Part shown: one piece after another, positions 9,313-18,644 of the stretch
Layout of the letters: every line of letters starts with the position of its first letter
Numbering within the stretch: the stretch's first letter is position 1
NCBI GenBank assembly: GCA_965242695.1
Contig: CBDESU010000002.1
Span: 992,001 to 1,056,000 of the forward strand
Origin: Cenarchaeum sp.
GTDB taxonomy: Archaea > Thermoproteota > Nitrososphaeria > Nitrososphaerales > Nitrosopumilaceae
Length of the DNA stretch: 64,000 bases
Direction: 5' to 3'
Notes under the pieces: model-generated
The model's database searches: none
Told to the model about the DNA's origin: nothing
What the model saw: the letters and a program-made list of their open reading frames with translations, nothing else
Made by a program: the position numbers and the translations under genes

Positions 9313-10287
9313 ATGGTCGGCAGCGGCGGCGCGGCTCTTCGCCGCCGCGGCGGGGCCGCACGGCGCCGGCGCACGGCTCCCGGCGGGCAGCGGCACGAGG
9401 CGGCCCGGCCGTTCACCGCCGTTCCGCAGGTCATGCCGTACCAGGGCAGCAAGCGGAGGATTGCCGGGGAGATACTGCGCCACTTTCCGGCCGGGACTGG
9501 GCGCGTGGTCGAGCCGTTTGCCGGCTCGGCCGCCGTGTCGGCGCATGCTGTCGCCAACCTGGGGGCGGAAAGGGTGTGGCTCAACGACGCGCACAGGCCG
9601 CTCATGTGGCTGTGGGGAGAGATTATTCGGAACCCGTCCGGGCTTGCGGCCGGATACGAGCGGCTCTGGCGGCCGAGCCCAGTTCGGGGGGATGCCGACT
9701 ACTATGCGGCGCGCGACCGGTTCAACGAGACGCACGACCCTGCTGACTTTCTGTACGTCCTAGCGCGCTGCGTAAAGGCCGCCGTCCGGTACAACGCCGG
9801 CGGCATGTTCAACAACTCCCCGGACAAGAGGCGGCGCGGCGCGCGGCCGGCCGAGATGAGGCGGAGGATATTCGCCGTCAGCGGCGTGCTTGGCGGCCGG
9901 GCGAGGCTTACGTCGTGGGGGTACGGGAGGGTCCTGCGCGGGTGCACGCCGGACGATATAGTCTACATGGATCCCCCGTACCAGGGCACGCAGGACGCGC
10001 GGGACAGGAGGTACTGGGGGCGGTTCTCGCACGACGAGTTCTGCGGCGAGATGGAGGATCTCAACCGCAGGCGGATCCCGTTCATCCTGTCGTACGACGG
10101 CCGGCTGGGCCGCCGCGCGTACGGCAGGGCCCTGCCGGGGTCGCTGGGCCTGCGCCGCATCGTGATACGGGCGGGGCGCTCGGCGCAGTCCACGCTGCTC
10201 GGGCGCGCAGACGACACGTACGAGTCGCTGTACCTGTCGCCGCACGTGGCGCGGCCGCGCGCCCGGCGCGCCGCGGACGACTTTTAA
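9313..10287 (+). CDS. Dam/D12-class DNA adenine methyltransferase
   Basis: PYQGSKRR, VEPFAGSAAV, LND, VYMDPPY and FILSYDG motifs. Confidence 0.92.
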   Translation: MVGSGGAALRRRGGAARRRRTAPGGQRHEAARPFTAVPQVMPYQGSKRRIAGEILRHFPAGTGRVVEPFAGSAAVSAHAVANLGAERVWLNDAHRPLMWLWGEIIRNPSGLAAGYERLWRPSPVRGDADYYAARDRFNETHDPADFLYVLARCVKAAVRYNAGGMFNNSPDKRRRGARPAEMRRRIFAVSGVLGGRARLTSWGYGRVLRGCTPDDIVYMDPPYQGTQDARDRRYWGRFSHDEFCGEMEDLNRRRIPFILSYDGRLGRRAYGRALPGSLGLRRIVIRAGRSAQSTLLGRADDTYESLYLSPHVARPRARRAADDF

Positions 10288-10310
10288 CGCCCCGCCCCTC
10301 CCCGCCGCCC

Positions 10311-10904
10311 GTGTTCACCGGGATAGTCGAGGGGACGGGCCGGGTCGCGAGGATCGCCCCGTCCGGCGGCTCGTCGCGCAGCTCGACGCGAATGACGGTC
10401 GACCTGGGAAGCAAAGCCCGAACGGCGGGCCTGAAAAAGGGCCAGAGCGTCGCCGTCGACGGCGCGTGTCTTACCGTCGTCGCGCGGTCGGGCACAAAAT
10501 GCGACTTTGAGATGATCGACGAGACGATGGAGCGTACTGCCCTAGGCGGCCTGGCGCGCGGCGACCGTGTAAACATAGAGCGCTCGCTGCGCGCAAACGC
10601 CCGGCTAGAGGGCCACTTTGTCCTCGGACACGTGGACGGCGTAGGCAGGATCGCCAGCGTGCGCCAAGAGCCGGGCCAGGTGCGCATCGCCGTCCGCCTG
10701 CCGCGCCGCCTCGCCCGCCATGTAGTCAAAAAGGGATCGATCGCCGTCGACGGGGTCAGCCTCACGGTAGCGGCCGTGAGGGGAACGACGGCCGAGGTCT
10801 GCCTCATACCGCACACGGTCCGTACGACCAACTTTGCCTCTAGGCGCGCAGGCGATGCCGTCAACATAGAGACCGATATCCTCGCAAAGTACGCCCTCCG
10901 CTAG
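10311..10904 (+). CDS. ribE: Riboflavin synthase (bacterial-type alpha chain)
   Basis: MFTGIVE start (GTG), SVAVDGACLTV, VNIERS, GHFVLGHVDG, KGSIAVDGVSLTV, VNIETD. Confidence 0.95.
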   Translation: MFTGIVEGTGRVARIAPSGGSSRSSTRMTVDLGSKARTAGLKKGQSVAVDGACLTVVARSGTKCDFEMIDETMERTALGGLARGDRVNIERSLRANARLEGHFVLGHVDGVGRIASVRQEPGQVRIAVRLPRRLARHVVKKGSIAVDGVSLTVAAVRGTTAEVCLIPHTVRTTNFASRRAGDAVNIETDILAKYALR

Positions 10905-10972
10905 TACCAGGATGCTGGTATCGACCGGTTTTCCGGTAAGCTATATAACTAGGGCCCCCGCAGGCGGCGGGC

Positions 10973-11659
10973 ATGGAGGGGATCGGCGCGGCCGTCGACT
11001 CGCTCAGGCGCGGCGAGTTCGTCCTGGTCCACGACTCGGCCGGCCGCGAGAACGAGGTCGACATGGTCGTGGCAGCCGACGCGGCGACCCCCGAGCACAT
11101 CGCCCGGATGCGCCAGCATGCGGGCGGGCTGATCTGCCTGGCCGTCGGCGCGCGGTTCGGGCGGAGCCTCGGCCTGAGGTACATGCACGACATGCTCGCC
11201 GAGTCGCTCGACGGCGAGGCCAGGGCGATGGTGCAGGGGCTGGCCCCGTACGGCGACCACCCGACGTTCTCGATCTCGGTCAACCACTACCAGACGTTTA
11301 CCGGCGTGACGGACCGCGACAGGGCCCTTACGGTGAGGGAGCTCGCCGCCCTGCACGCGCTGCCCGAGCCCCGCCGCCGGTTCGCCTCGTCCTTCAAGGC
11401 GCCCGGCCACGTGCCGCTGCTGCTCGCGTCCGAGGGGATGCTCGCGCGCAGGCGCGGCCACACGGAGATGTCGGCGTACCTGGCAGAGGCCGCCGGCATG
11501 CCGCCGGCGGCGGCCATATGCGAGATGATGGACGCGCAGACGTACGCGGCAATGTCCGTCGAGAGGGCCGCCGAGTACGCCCGGCACAACGGCATCCCGC
11601 TAGTCGACGGCGCCGAGATCGTCAGGGCCGCGGCGGCCTCGAGGGTGCGCCGGCCATGA
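10973..11659 (+). CDS. ribB: 3,4-dihydroxy-2-butanone-4-phosphate synthase
   Basis: DSAGRENEVD, GLIC, FSISVNH, TGVTDRDRA, PGHVPLL, RRGHTE and ICEM motifs. Confidence 0.95.
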   Translation: MEGIGAAVDSLRRGEFVLVHDSAGRENEVDMVVAADAATPEHIARMRQHAGGLICLAVGARFGRSLGLRYMHDMLAESLDGEARAMVQGLAPYGDHPTFSISVNHYQTFTGVTDRDRALTVRELAALHALPEPRRRFASSFKAPGHVPLLLASEGMLARRRGHTEMSAYLAEAAGMPPAAAICEMMDAQTYAAMSVERAAEYARHNGIPLVDGAEIVRAAAASRVRRP

Positions 11660-12069
11660 ACGTCGCGTTCGTCGTGTCCCGGTTCAACGGCGAGATCACG
11701 TCGCGCATGCTAGCGGTCGCCAGGGAAAAGGCCGCCGCCATGGGCCTGTCGGTAGCGCAGGTGCGGACCGTCCCCGGCGCGTACGACATGCCCGTTGTGG
11801 TCGACGCGCTGCTCGGCCGCGGCGACGTTGATGCGGTAGTCGCGCTCGGGGCCATCATACGGGGGCAGACGCGGCACGACGAGGCGATCGCGCACGCGGC
11901 CTTTTCGGCCCTAGCCGACATATCGGTGAGGCGCGGCAAGCCGGTCGCGCTCGGGATCACGGGGCCGGGGATGCACGAGCGGCAGGCGTACGCGCGTATA
12001 CGGCCCGCGGCCGAGAGGGCCGTCGAGGCCGCGGCGGCGACGTCGGCCGAGCTGGGGAGGATCGGGTGA
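11656..12069 (+). CDS. ribH: 6,7-dimethyl-8-ribityllumazine synthase
   Basis: VVSRFNGEIT, VPGAYDMP, ALGAIIRGQTRHD and KPVALGITGPG motifs; ATGA overlap with ribB. Confidence 0.95.
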   Translation: MNVAFVVSRFNGEITSRMLAVAREKAAAMGLSVAQVRTVPGAYDMPVVVDALLGRGDVDAVVALGAIIRGQTRHDEAIAHAAFSALADISVRRGKPVALGITGPGMHERQAYARIRPAAERAVEAAAATSAELGRIG

Positions 12070-12890
12070 GCGGAGGGATGGGCGGCGCCTCCGCGGCGGC
12101 GCAGCCGCGCGTGCAGCTTACCATATTGAGGATATCGGGGTACGGGCCGTGGACGCTAGAGCTCGGCAGCGACAGGGAGCACCGCCTCCAGATGCTCCAG
12201 GCGTCTCTGTACCGCGACGTGCAGGAGCGCTTCTCGGCGGACGGCTGCCTTGCGTTCCACAACAGGGCCGACGAGTTCTTTGTCGTCTCCAACGGGATGG
12301 GCCTCGACGGGCACGTCCGGATACACCGCGCGCTGGAGGAGCGCACGCCCGAGGTACGGCTCGCCGCATCCGTCGGGTCGGACGCGGACCCGTTCGGGGC
12401 CAACCTGGCGGCCCACAGGGCCCGGGTGGGGGGGCGGAAGCTCTGCGGGGATCCGCTGGTGTACGGCGAGGGCATGGATGGGGACGGGGCGCCCGGGGCC
12501 GTCACCGTACTGCACATGGACGTCGAGAACCTGACGGCCGCGTCCGAGGCGGCCTCGCCGTACGAGGTGTCCGCGTCGATCGTCGCGCTGCACGGCAGGA
12601 TGGCAGAGTTCTTCGTCGCAAACAGGGCCCTGTCGTTCTTCATGGGAGGCGACAACTTCATGGTCGTGTGCGGGGCGGGGGCGGGCCCCGGCGGGAAGGA
12701 TCCGGCGGCCCTGGCGCGCGAGTTCGTCGGCGCGGCGCGCGGCGCCGGGACGGTCCTCAACTGCGGGGTCGGCACGGGCCGGACGGGGCGCGAGGCGGCG
12801 CGGCGCGCGACCGCGTCCCTTGACGGCATACGGCGGATCAGGGAGTCGGGCGGGGATCCGCCCAGGGTGTACGAGCTGCCGTGCTCCTGA
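12066..12890 (+). CDS. gch3: GTP cyclohydrolase III (archaeal)
   Basis: GYGPWTLELGSDREHRLQMLQA, HMDV, FFMGGDNFM and CGVGTG motifs; within the riboflavin operon. Confidence 0.92.
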   Translation: MSGGMGGASAAAQPRVQLTILRISGYGPWTLELGSDREHRLQMLQASLYRDVQERFSADGCLAFHNRADEFFVVSNGMGLDGHVRIHRALEERTPEVRLAASVGSDADPFGANLAAHRARVGGRKLCGDPLVYGEGMDGDGAPGAVTVLHMDVENLTAASEAASPYEVSASIVALHGRMAEFFVANRALSFFMGGDNFMVVCGAGAGPGGKDPAALAREFVGAARGAGTVLNCGVGTGRTGREAARRATASLDGIRRIRESGGDPPRVYELPCS

Positions 12891-14197
12891 GGAACGCGTG
12901 CGCCCTGGTCGGGCCGCGCCTGTCGCTTGCCCCGCGGGCAGACATCGGCGAGTCGGGAGGCGCGTTCGACCGCGTCGTGCTGCGGGGGGCGCGCCCGAGG
13001 CCGCGCCGCGGCGAGGCCGTATACGACTGCGAGGGGCTGCTTGCGGTGCCGGCCCTTGTCAACGCGCACACGCACGTGGGCGACTCGATAGCAAAGGATG
13101 CGGCGCCGGGCCGGACGGTCGACGAGAGGGTGCATCCGGTGCTCGGCGCAAAGCCGAGGATACTGGCCCGGAGCAGGCCGGACCACCTAGAGTCGATGAT
13201 GCGTGCGGCATGCGCGTCGATGCTCGCCGGCGGGACGACGACCTTTGCCGACTTTAGGGAGGGGGGCGTCGAGGGGGCCGCCATGCTGGCCCGGGCCGCC
13301 TCGGGCCTGCCGGTGAGGGCAGTCATACTCGGCCGTCTCGAGGCGTACGGGGATGCGGGGGGAGTGGCGGCGGCCGCGGCCGCGGAACGGCGGAGGACGG
13401 GGCGGCGCCCGACAGGGCCCGCGAATTCTGTTCGCGGCCCGGCGCACGGCGTCACCGCGGCCGGGATTGCGCGCCTGCTGTCCCGCTGCGACGGCATCGG
13501 GCTTAGCGGGCCCAACGAAAACTCGGATGCGGCGCTCGGGGCGTACGCCCGCGCCGTGCGGCGCCCGCGCCTGAGGGCGATCCACGCGGCCGAGACGGCG
13601 GCGAGCTCGGCCGCATCGAGGCGGCGCACGGGGCGCACCGAGGCGGAAAGGGCCCTGCTGCTCCACCCGCACATCCTCGTGCACATGACGCACGCGACGG
13701 ACACCGACTTGCGGGCGGCCGCCCGCGCAGGCGCGTCCATCGTTGTGTGCCCACGCTCGAACGCGGCCCTCGGCGCGGGCCTGCCGGACGTCCCGCGCAT
13801 GCTCGCCGCCGGGTGCCGCGTCGCGCTCGGCACCGACAACGTAATGGTCAACGCGCCGGACATGTTCCGCGAGATGGACTACCTGGGCAGGGCCACCGAG
13901 GCGGCGCAGGTGGGGCGGGGCGGCGGCCGGAGGCGCGGCCGCGGCACCCCGCCCGGGGCGCAGCCGCTAGATGCCAGGGCGATCCTCCGCATGGCCACGG
14001 TGGACGGCGGCGCGGCCCTGCGCCGGAAGGTCGGGGCGATCGCGCGCGGGATGGCCGCCGACTGCATGCTCATCGAGAGGCACTCGGTCGACCTAGAGCC
14101 GATGCACGACCCGTGGGCCGCCGTCGTCCACCGGGCGTCCGCATCGTCGGTTCGGGCAGTCGTCTCGGGCGGGAGAATAGTCCATGGCCGCATCTAG
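12881..14197 (+). CDS. Amidohydrolase-family protein (deaminase-like)
   Basis: NAHTHVGD, DFREGG, IHAAE, VHMTHA, CPRSN and LGTDN metal-binding motifs. Confidence 0.88.
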   Translation: MLLRNACALVGPRLSLAPRADIGESGGAFDRVVLRGARPRPRRGEAVYDCEGLLAVPALVNAHTHVGDSIAKDAAPGRTVDERVHPVLGAKPRILARSRPDHLESMMRAACASMLAGGTTTFADFREGGVEGAAMLARAASGLPVRAVILGRLEAYGDAGGVAAAAAAERRRTGRRPTGPANSVRGPAHGVTAAGIARLLSRCDGIGLSGPNENSDAALGAYARAVRRPRLRAIHAAETAASSAASRRRTGRTEAERALLLHPHILVHMTHATDTDLRAAARAGASIVVCPRSNAALGAGLPDVPRMLAAGCRVALGTDNVMVNAPDMFREMDYLGRATEAAQVGRGGGRRRGRGTPPGAQPLDARAILRMATVDGGAALRRKVGAIARGMAADCMLIERHSVDLEPMHDPWAAVVHRASASSVRAVVSGGRIVHGRI

Positions 14198-14894
14198 GCC
14201 GCGCGTGATCCTCAGCGCGGCGTCAAGCATCGACGGGCGCATAGCCGCCTCGCCGCGCGACTCGCGGCTGTCGTCGCCGGCGGATGTGCGCCGCGTCCAC
14301 CGCCTGCGCGCCGCGTGCGATGCAATCATAGTCGGCCGCCGGACCGTCGATGCCGACGACCCGATGCTCACGGCGCGGCCCCTGCGGGGGGCGCCCGGCG
14401 GCAGGAGGGGGGGAAAGGCGCGGCAGCCGCTGCGCGTCGTCGTCAGCGCGCGCGCCGCCGTGCCGCCGGGCTCGCGGCTGGTCAGCACGGCAGCCGCCGT
14501 GCCGACGCTCGTCGCGTGCAGCAGGGCCGCGCCGCGCCGCGCAGTGGAGGCGCTCGAGAAGAGATCCGTCAAGGTCTTTGTATCGGGGGCCCGGTCGGTC
14601 GACCTGCGCGCCCTGCTGGGCCACCTGCGCGGCCTGGGCGCAAGGACCGTCCTGCTGGAGGGCGGAGGCGAGACGAACTGGCGGTTCGTCAGGCTCGGGC
14701 TGGTCGACGAGATCCGCCTGGCCGTCGCGCCGGTCGTCATCGGCGGGGGCGCTGCCGGCGGCCCGGGCCGGTCCGTTCCGCTCGTCGGCGGCGCCGGCTT
14801 TTCCACTGTGGCGGCCTCGGCCCGGTTCCGCCTGGCATCGGCCCGCCGGCTTGCCGGCGGCGAAGAGGTCGTCCTGACATATGTACGGCGCTAG
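14184..14894 (+). CDS. 2,5-diamino-6-(ribosylamino)-4(3H)-pyrimidinone 5'-phosphate reductase (RibD C-terminal type)
   Basis: AASSIDGRIA, VHRLRA, DAIIVG..TV..DDP.LT, LLEGGG and LVDEI motifs. Confidence 0.92.
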   Translation: MAASRPRVILSAASSIDGRIAASPRDSRLSSPADVRRVHRLRAACDAIIVGRRTVDADDPMLTARPLRGAPGGRRGGKARQPLRVVVSARAAVPPGSRLVSTAAAVPTLVACSRAAPRRAVEALEKRSVKVFVSGARSVDLRALLGHLRGLGARTVLLEGGGETNWRFVRLGLVDEIRLAVAPVVIGGGAAGGPGRSVPLVGGAGFSTVAASARFRLASARRLAGGEEVVLTYVRR

Positions 14895-14953
14895 GCTCCC
14901 GCGCCGGAGGCGTATGCGGTCGCCGGAGCGGCCCAATGTTGCCTCTGGCCGGA

Positions 14954-15925
14954 TCATGCGTGCAGCAGGCAGCATACCGACTCTGCGTCCTTTAGGACGC
15001 CGCCTACCCTGTGCGTTGCGGAAAAGTGGAGGTCACCGTTGCCTTGCCGCGCCTCGCTTACAGCGACAAGATCGTCGTGCACCAAGCCAAACGATGCGCC
15101 GGGGGCGAACATGACGCTGCGGGGCGGCGCGGGCTGCCCTGCTCCGCTGTCGGGATCCCGCGGGGGAAGGGACGGGCGCGAGACGAGCAGGATTCCGTCG
15201 TATTCGCGCATGCAGTCATCCGTCGCCCCGCGCGCGGCTCGGTTCCACTCGGCGAACTTTGGATCCGCCGACAGGTCCAGCAGCGCCTTCGCGGTGGTGC
15301 AGCAAACGAGGCGATTGGCGTAGATGCCGCATTCCGCAATTTTATCCTTGGCGGCATCGAGCCCCCTGCATGTCAGGGCGGAGGCTGCCGGCGGGTGCTG
15401 CGCACCCTTTGCCTCCAAGCCGGTAGCGCCGTCGATTTGCGGCGGCGCTTGCCGGGCGTCTGCGGCGCCGGCCCCTTCCGAACCGTTGCCGCCGCGGGCG
15501 AGGCGAAGTAGCATCTCTGTCTCGTCCTCAAGCGACCGCTGTAGGTAGGCATAGACCACGCTGTCGCGGAGGTCGGGGTCGTCCCTCGGCGCATCCCTTA
15601 CGACAATGCCGGGAAGGTTCCGCGGCCCGGCTGGCGCGCGCCTGACTGTGCAGGTGACCTGCTCTGCGCGGCCCCCACCGCCGGCAGTATCGGTGAAGCA
15701 AAGCCCGTCAAACGAGCAGAATGCCGCGCTGTTCTCGCCCTCCTCTAGGGACTTGGCCTCGCTGAACTGCCGTATCGGGACCACTGCGGTGCGGCAGCCT
15801 AGGGCCAGCCCGAACGCGTTGGTAACTGGAGCGCTTACGACCTCGAGGCCGTTCCACTCCCTCTTTACCATGTCTATTCCGTGTTTGAGGTACGCGGATT
15901 TTATGTACTGCGCGGGGTCGGACAT
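14954..15925 (-). CDS. Hypothetical protein resembling an HK97-fold viral major capsid protein
   Basis: About 323 aa; PIRQF..K.L, LT..GL.AAK..I...G, LV..TT.KA..DL..DP.F, Y.GI.LV, RSVMF.PG.SFGL and AT.R.GGV.K pattern recalls archaeal-virus MCPs (by eye only); TATA-like TATATA near 15955. Confidence 0.55.
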   Translation of the reverse strand: MSDPAQYIKSAYLKHGIDMVKREWNGLEVVSAPVTNAFGLALGCRTAVVPIRQFSEAKSLEEGENSAAFCSFDGLCFTDTAGGGGRAEQVTCTVRRAPAGPRNLPGIVVRDAPRDDPDLRDSVVYAYLQRSLEDETEMLLRLARGGNGSEGAGAADARQAPPQIDGATGLEAKGAQHPPAASALTCRGLDAAKDKIAECGIYANRLVCCTTAKALLDLSADPKFAEWNRAARGATDDCMREYDGILLVSRPSLPPRDPDSGAGQPAPPRSVMFAPGASFGLVHDDLVAVSEARQGNGDLHFSATHRVGGVLKDAESVCCLLHA

Positions 15926-16316
15926 GGCAACCACAGGCCGCGCGTTGCCGCTTGTATATACCCGTTGCGCGTCAAGAGGCTGTGCGTGCCAAGCCGGCAT
16001 ACAGGCTTGACTCTTCCGTTGCCCGTCGTAGTCACGCCGAAAAGTTTTTGGAATGCATGCCCCGCGTGCAGGGCGTTCGACGTCCGATTCTGGGGTTAAT
16101 CGTGCACCTCTGCGGCCATCGCCGGCTTGGCATTGCAGACTTCGGCGTGACCGTGGCCCGGGATCTTCCCCGGCCTTCAGTGGGGGCGAGCAGGCCCCTA
16201 GTTCGGACGTTGTTCCGACATCCTTGCAGTACGCGGCTAGGCGGCACGATCTCAAAGGCCTCCGCCCCGTTGATCTGCACATGCATCGCGCAATATGGCC
16301 AATGACGGAGATGGGC

Positions 16317-16634
16317 CTACTCGCTTATCATGACCTCAAGCTTGGCTACGCCGGCCGGCTTGGGGCCCCTTGTGCGAACCTTCTTGATGGCCTCCTCGAA
16401 GTCGTCAAGGTTCTCTTCCATGACCAAGGCCCTGCCGGTGACGCAGAACGGGTTGAGGTCGGGATCGACGAGGCAGTTGCGCACGCTCATGATACCTGGG
16501 TAGGCGTTGAACACGGCGTCGCGCACCGGCCCGCAGTCCGTGTGATCCTTCCTTGTGCACCGAACTACAAAGTACACGTTCTTGAGCGGGTAGTCCTTTG
16601 TGCCGGGCCGCACAACGCTTGTCTGTCTTGCCAT
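16317..16634 (-). CDS. Hypothetical protein (about 105 aa)
   Basis: Non-shadow composition (KNVYFVVRCTRKDHTDC...LDDFEEAIKK); TATTAT upstream near 16657-16662. Confidence 0.6.
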   Translation of the reverse strand: MARQTSVVRPGTKDYPLKNVYFVVRCTRKDHTDCGPVRDAVFNAYPGIMSVRNCLVDPDLNPFCVTGRALVMEENLDDFEEAIKKVRTRGPKPAGVAKLEVMISE

Positions 16635-17116
16635 GGGACGCCCGATTTGGTACACCATAATAACCCCTGCATTTATGGGCGAACTGCGACGCCTGCCTGC
16701 CTTGCCATGGGCGCCTGGGTTGCCTGACGGCGTGCACGGTATGTGGTTGCCTCCCTTGCCGCCGATGCAGCGATCGCAGGAGGTGAAGCGGAGGGCGCCT
16801 GCGGCTCCTCTCGCAGCCCGCCCTTGCAGGGGCGCCCCAGCACCGAGCCGCTCCCGCTTTGATGCCCACGCTGGTACGGCCAAGGCAGCGCACGCCGCCC
16901 GTGCGGGCGCCCTGCCGATTCTGCCTCCTTTGGCATGTCCGTCGCCCGGCGCGCACGGCGGCATGCCTTGGCCTGCGCCGCCCCGGCCGCCGGCAGGCCC
17001 GATCTATTCGTCCCCGCGAACCGCGCCCATTCTACTATCCGCGCCCGGCCGCAAAACGCCGGCACGCCGCCCTCTTCCCGCTCACAGTGATATACCGCCC
17101 CCGCCCAGCCCGCGCC

Positions 17117-17743
17117 GTGTCCGCGGCCGCCTCTCCTTCCCCATCCCCGACCGCATCGCTGCGCCGCGACCACGACCTTATTGAAAAGGTCGTCCGCGCA
17201 ATGGGGGCGGCCGCCTCGCTGCTGCGCCGCGGCGCCGACGTGCCGGCCCCCGTCATCGAACAGGTCGTCGACTTTACGAGCAACTTTACGGACGCGTGCC
17301 ACCACGGCAAGGAGGAGGATGCGCTGTTCCCGGCGCTCGAGCGCGCCGGCATGCCGTCCCGCATGGGCCCAATCGCGGTAATGCTCGCCGAGCACGAAAA
17401 GTCCCGCGAGATCGCCGGACGGATGGCCGCTGCCGCCGAGTCGTACGGGAGAAACGGGTCGGGCCGCGAGGACCTCGCATCCGCCATGGAAGAGTACGCG
17501 TCGCACATTACCGAGCACATTTGGAAGGAGAACAACCGGCTCTTCATGATGGCCGACGCGCGCCTCGCCCCGTCGGCCGGCCGGGTCGCCGCCGACCTCG
17601 ACTCCACAGAGGAGGAGCGGCTCGGCCGCGCCGGCGCCGGCAGGGCCCACTACGAGAGGATCGCCGGCGAGCTGTCCCGGAGCATGGCAGGGGAGGCGGA
17701 CAAGGGGGGCCGCGCCGGCCCGTCCGTCGAGTGGGAGGCCTAG
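17117..17743 (+). CDS. Hemerythrin HHE cation-binding domain protein
   Basis: LRRDHDLI, DACHHGKEEDALFP, MLAEHE and HIWKENNRLF motifs. Confidence 0.9.
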   Translation: MSAAASPSPSPTASLRRDHDLIEKVVRAMGAAASLLRRGADVPAPVIEQVVDFTSNFTDACHHGKEEDALFPALERAGMPSRMGPIAVMLAEHEKSREIAGRMAAAAESYGRNGSGREDLASAMEEYASHITEHIWKENNRLFMMADARLAPSAGRVAADLDSTEEERLGRAGAGRAHYERIAGELSRSMAGEADKGGRAGPSVEWEA

Positions 17744-17756
17744 GGAGGGGGCAGGC

Positions 17757-18272
17757 CTAGGCGTACTGCTGCATGTCCTTTTCGATCTGGGCGATCTTTC
17801 GGGCGAACGCGTTGCGCGCCCTGTCGTTCTTCTTGAGGTTGAGGACCTTGCCGCACGTGCCGCACCTAAAGTCGTCCTCTAGCGACTTTTCGAACGTGAC
17901 GCGCTGGCAGTCGCCGTTGCCGCAGTGGTAAAAGTCCGAGCCGGCCTCGTACTCGTAGCGCTGCCTGAGGCGCTCGCCTATCTTGTGCTTTTGTATCTCG
18001 ATAAAGTTCTCGACCTCGTCGCCCCTGGACCTCCACCTGTACACGAACCACCCCTTGCGCTCGTCCTTGACGCGTATGCCCGATATGAGCGACTTGCCGA
18101 ACAGGTCGTAGAGTATCTTGCGGACGCGGTTGATGCGCAGGCCCGTAGAGCTGGCGATCTCCTCGTCCGTAGAGTCCTCGGCCTTGAGGAGCGACCTGGC
18201 GACCTTGAGGTACTCTTCGCCGCCGATCATGGCCGCTATGCGCACGAACGGGTCCTCGTAGCGATCGACCAT
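17757..18272 (-). CDS. tfe: Transcription initiation factor E (TFE alpha)
   Basis: TDEEIA..TGLRINRVRKILYDL winged helix, GWFVYRW, Zn ribbon C..C...FRCGTCG. Confidence 0.95.
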   Translation of the reverse strand: MVDRYEDPFVRIAAMIGGEEYLKVARSLLKAEDSTDEEIASSTGLRINRVRKILYDLFGKSLISGIRVKDERKGWFVYRWRSRGDEVENFIEIQKHKIGERLRQRYEYEAGSDFYHCGNGDCQRVTFEKSLEDDFRCGTCGKVLNLKKNDRARNAFARKIAQIEKDMQQYA

Positions 18273-18644
18273 GCGCGGGCGCCGGCATCGGCCCGTTATT
18301 AACCGAGCGGGCAGGGGCGCCGCCTGCCCCGGTCCGCGCCGCCTGCGCGCCGCGCCAGGGGCGGCCTCCGCGCCTCCGCGGTCCCGCGGCCTCCACGGGG
18401 CAGCCCGCCCCGCCTCCGCCCGGCCCATCCTGTCTGCCTCCTCCCCCCTCGATGCCCCCCCTCGGCGCGGGGACGGACGGGCGGCCCTGCGCCCTGCGGC
18501 GGACGAGGGGCCCGGGAGCGCCCCCGCCTTGGCGCCGGGACGGACGAGCGGCCCCCGCTCCCCGGCCCCGCCTCCATCCCGCAGGCGCCGCAGGCGCCCC
18601 CGGGGATACGGCAGTGGCCCGATCGCTACAGTTAAGTCATAGCC

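Noticed and set aside
16145-16195. Hairpin resembling an IS200/IS605 right end (minus strand GCCCCCACTGAAGGCCGGGGAAG...TCAC)
   Set aside because: Pairing is imperfect and no tnpA/tnpB coding remnant could be read convincingly nearby
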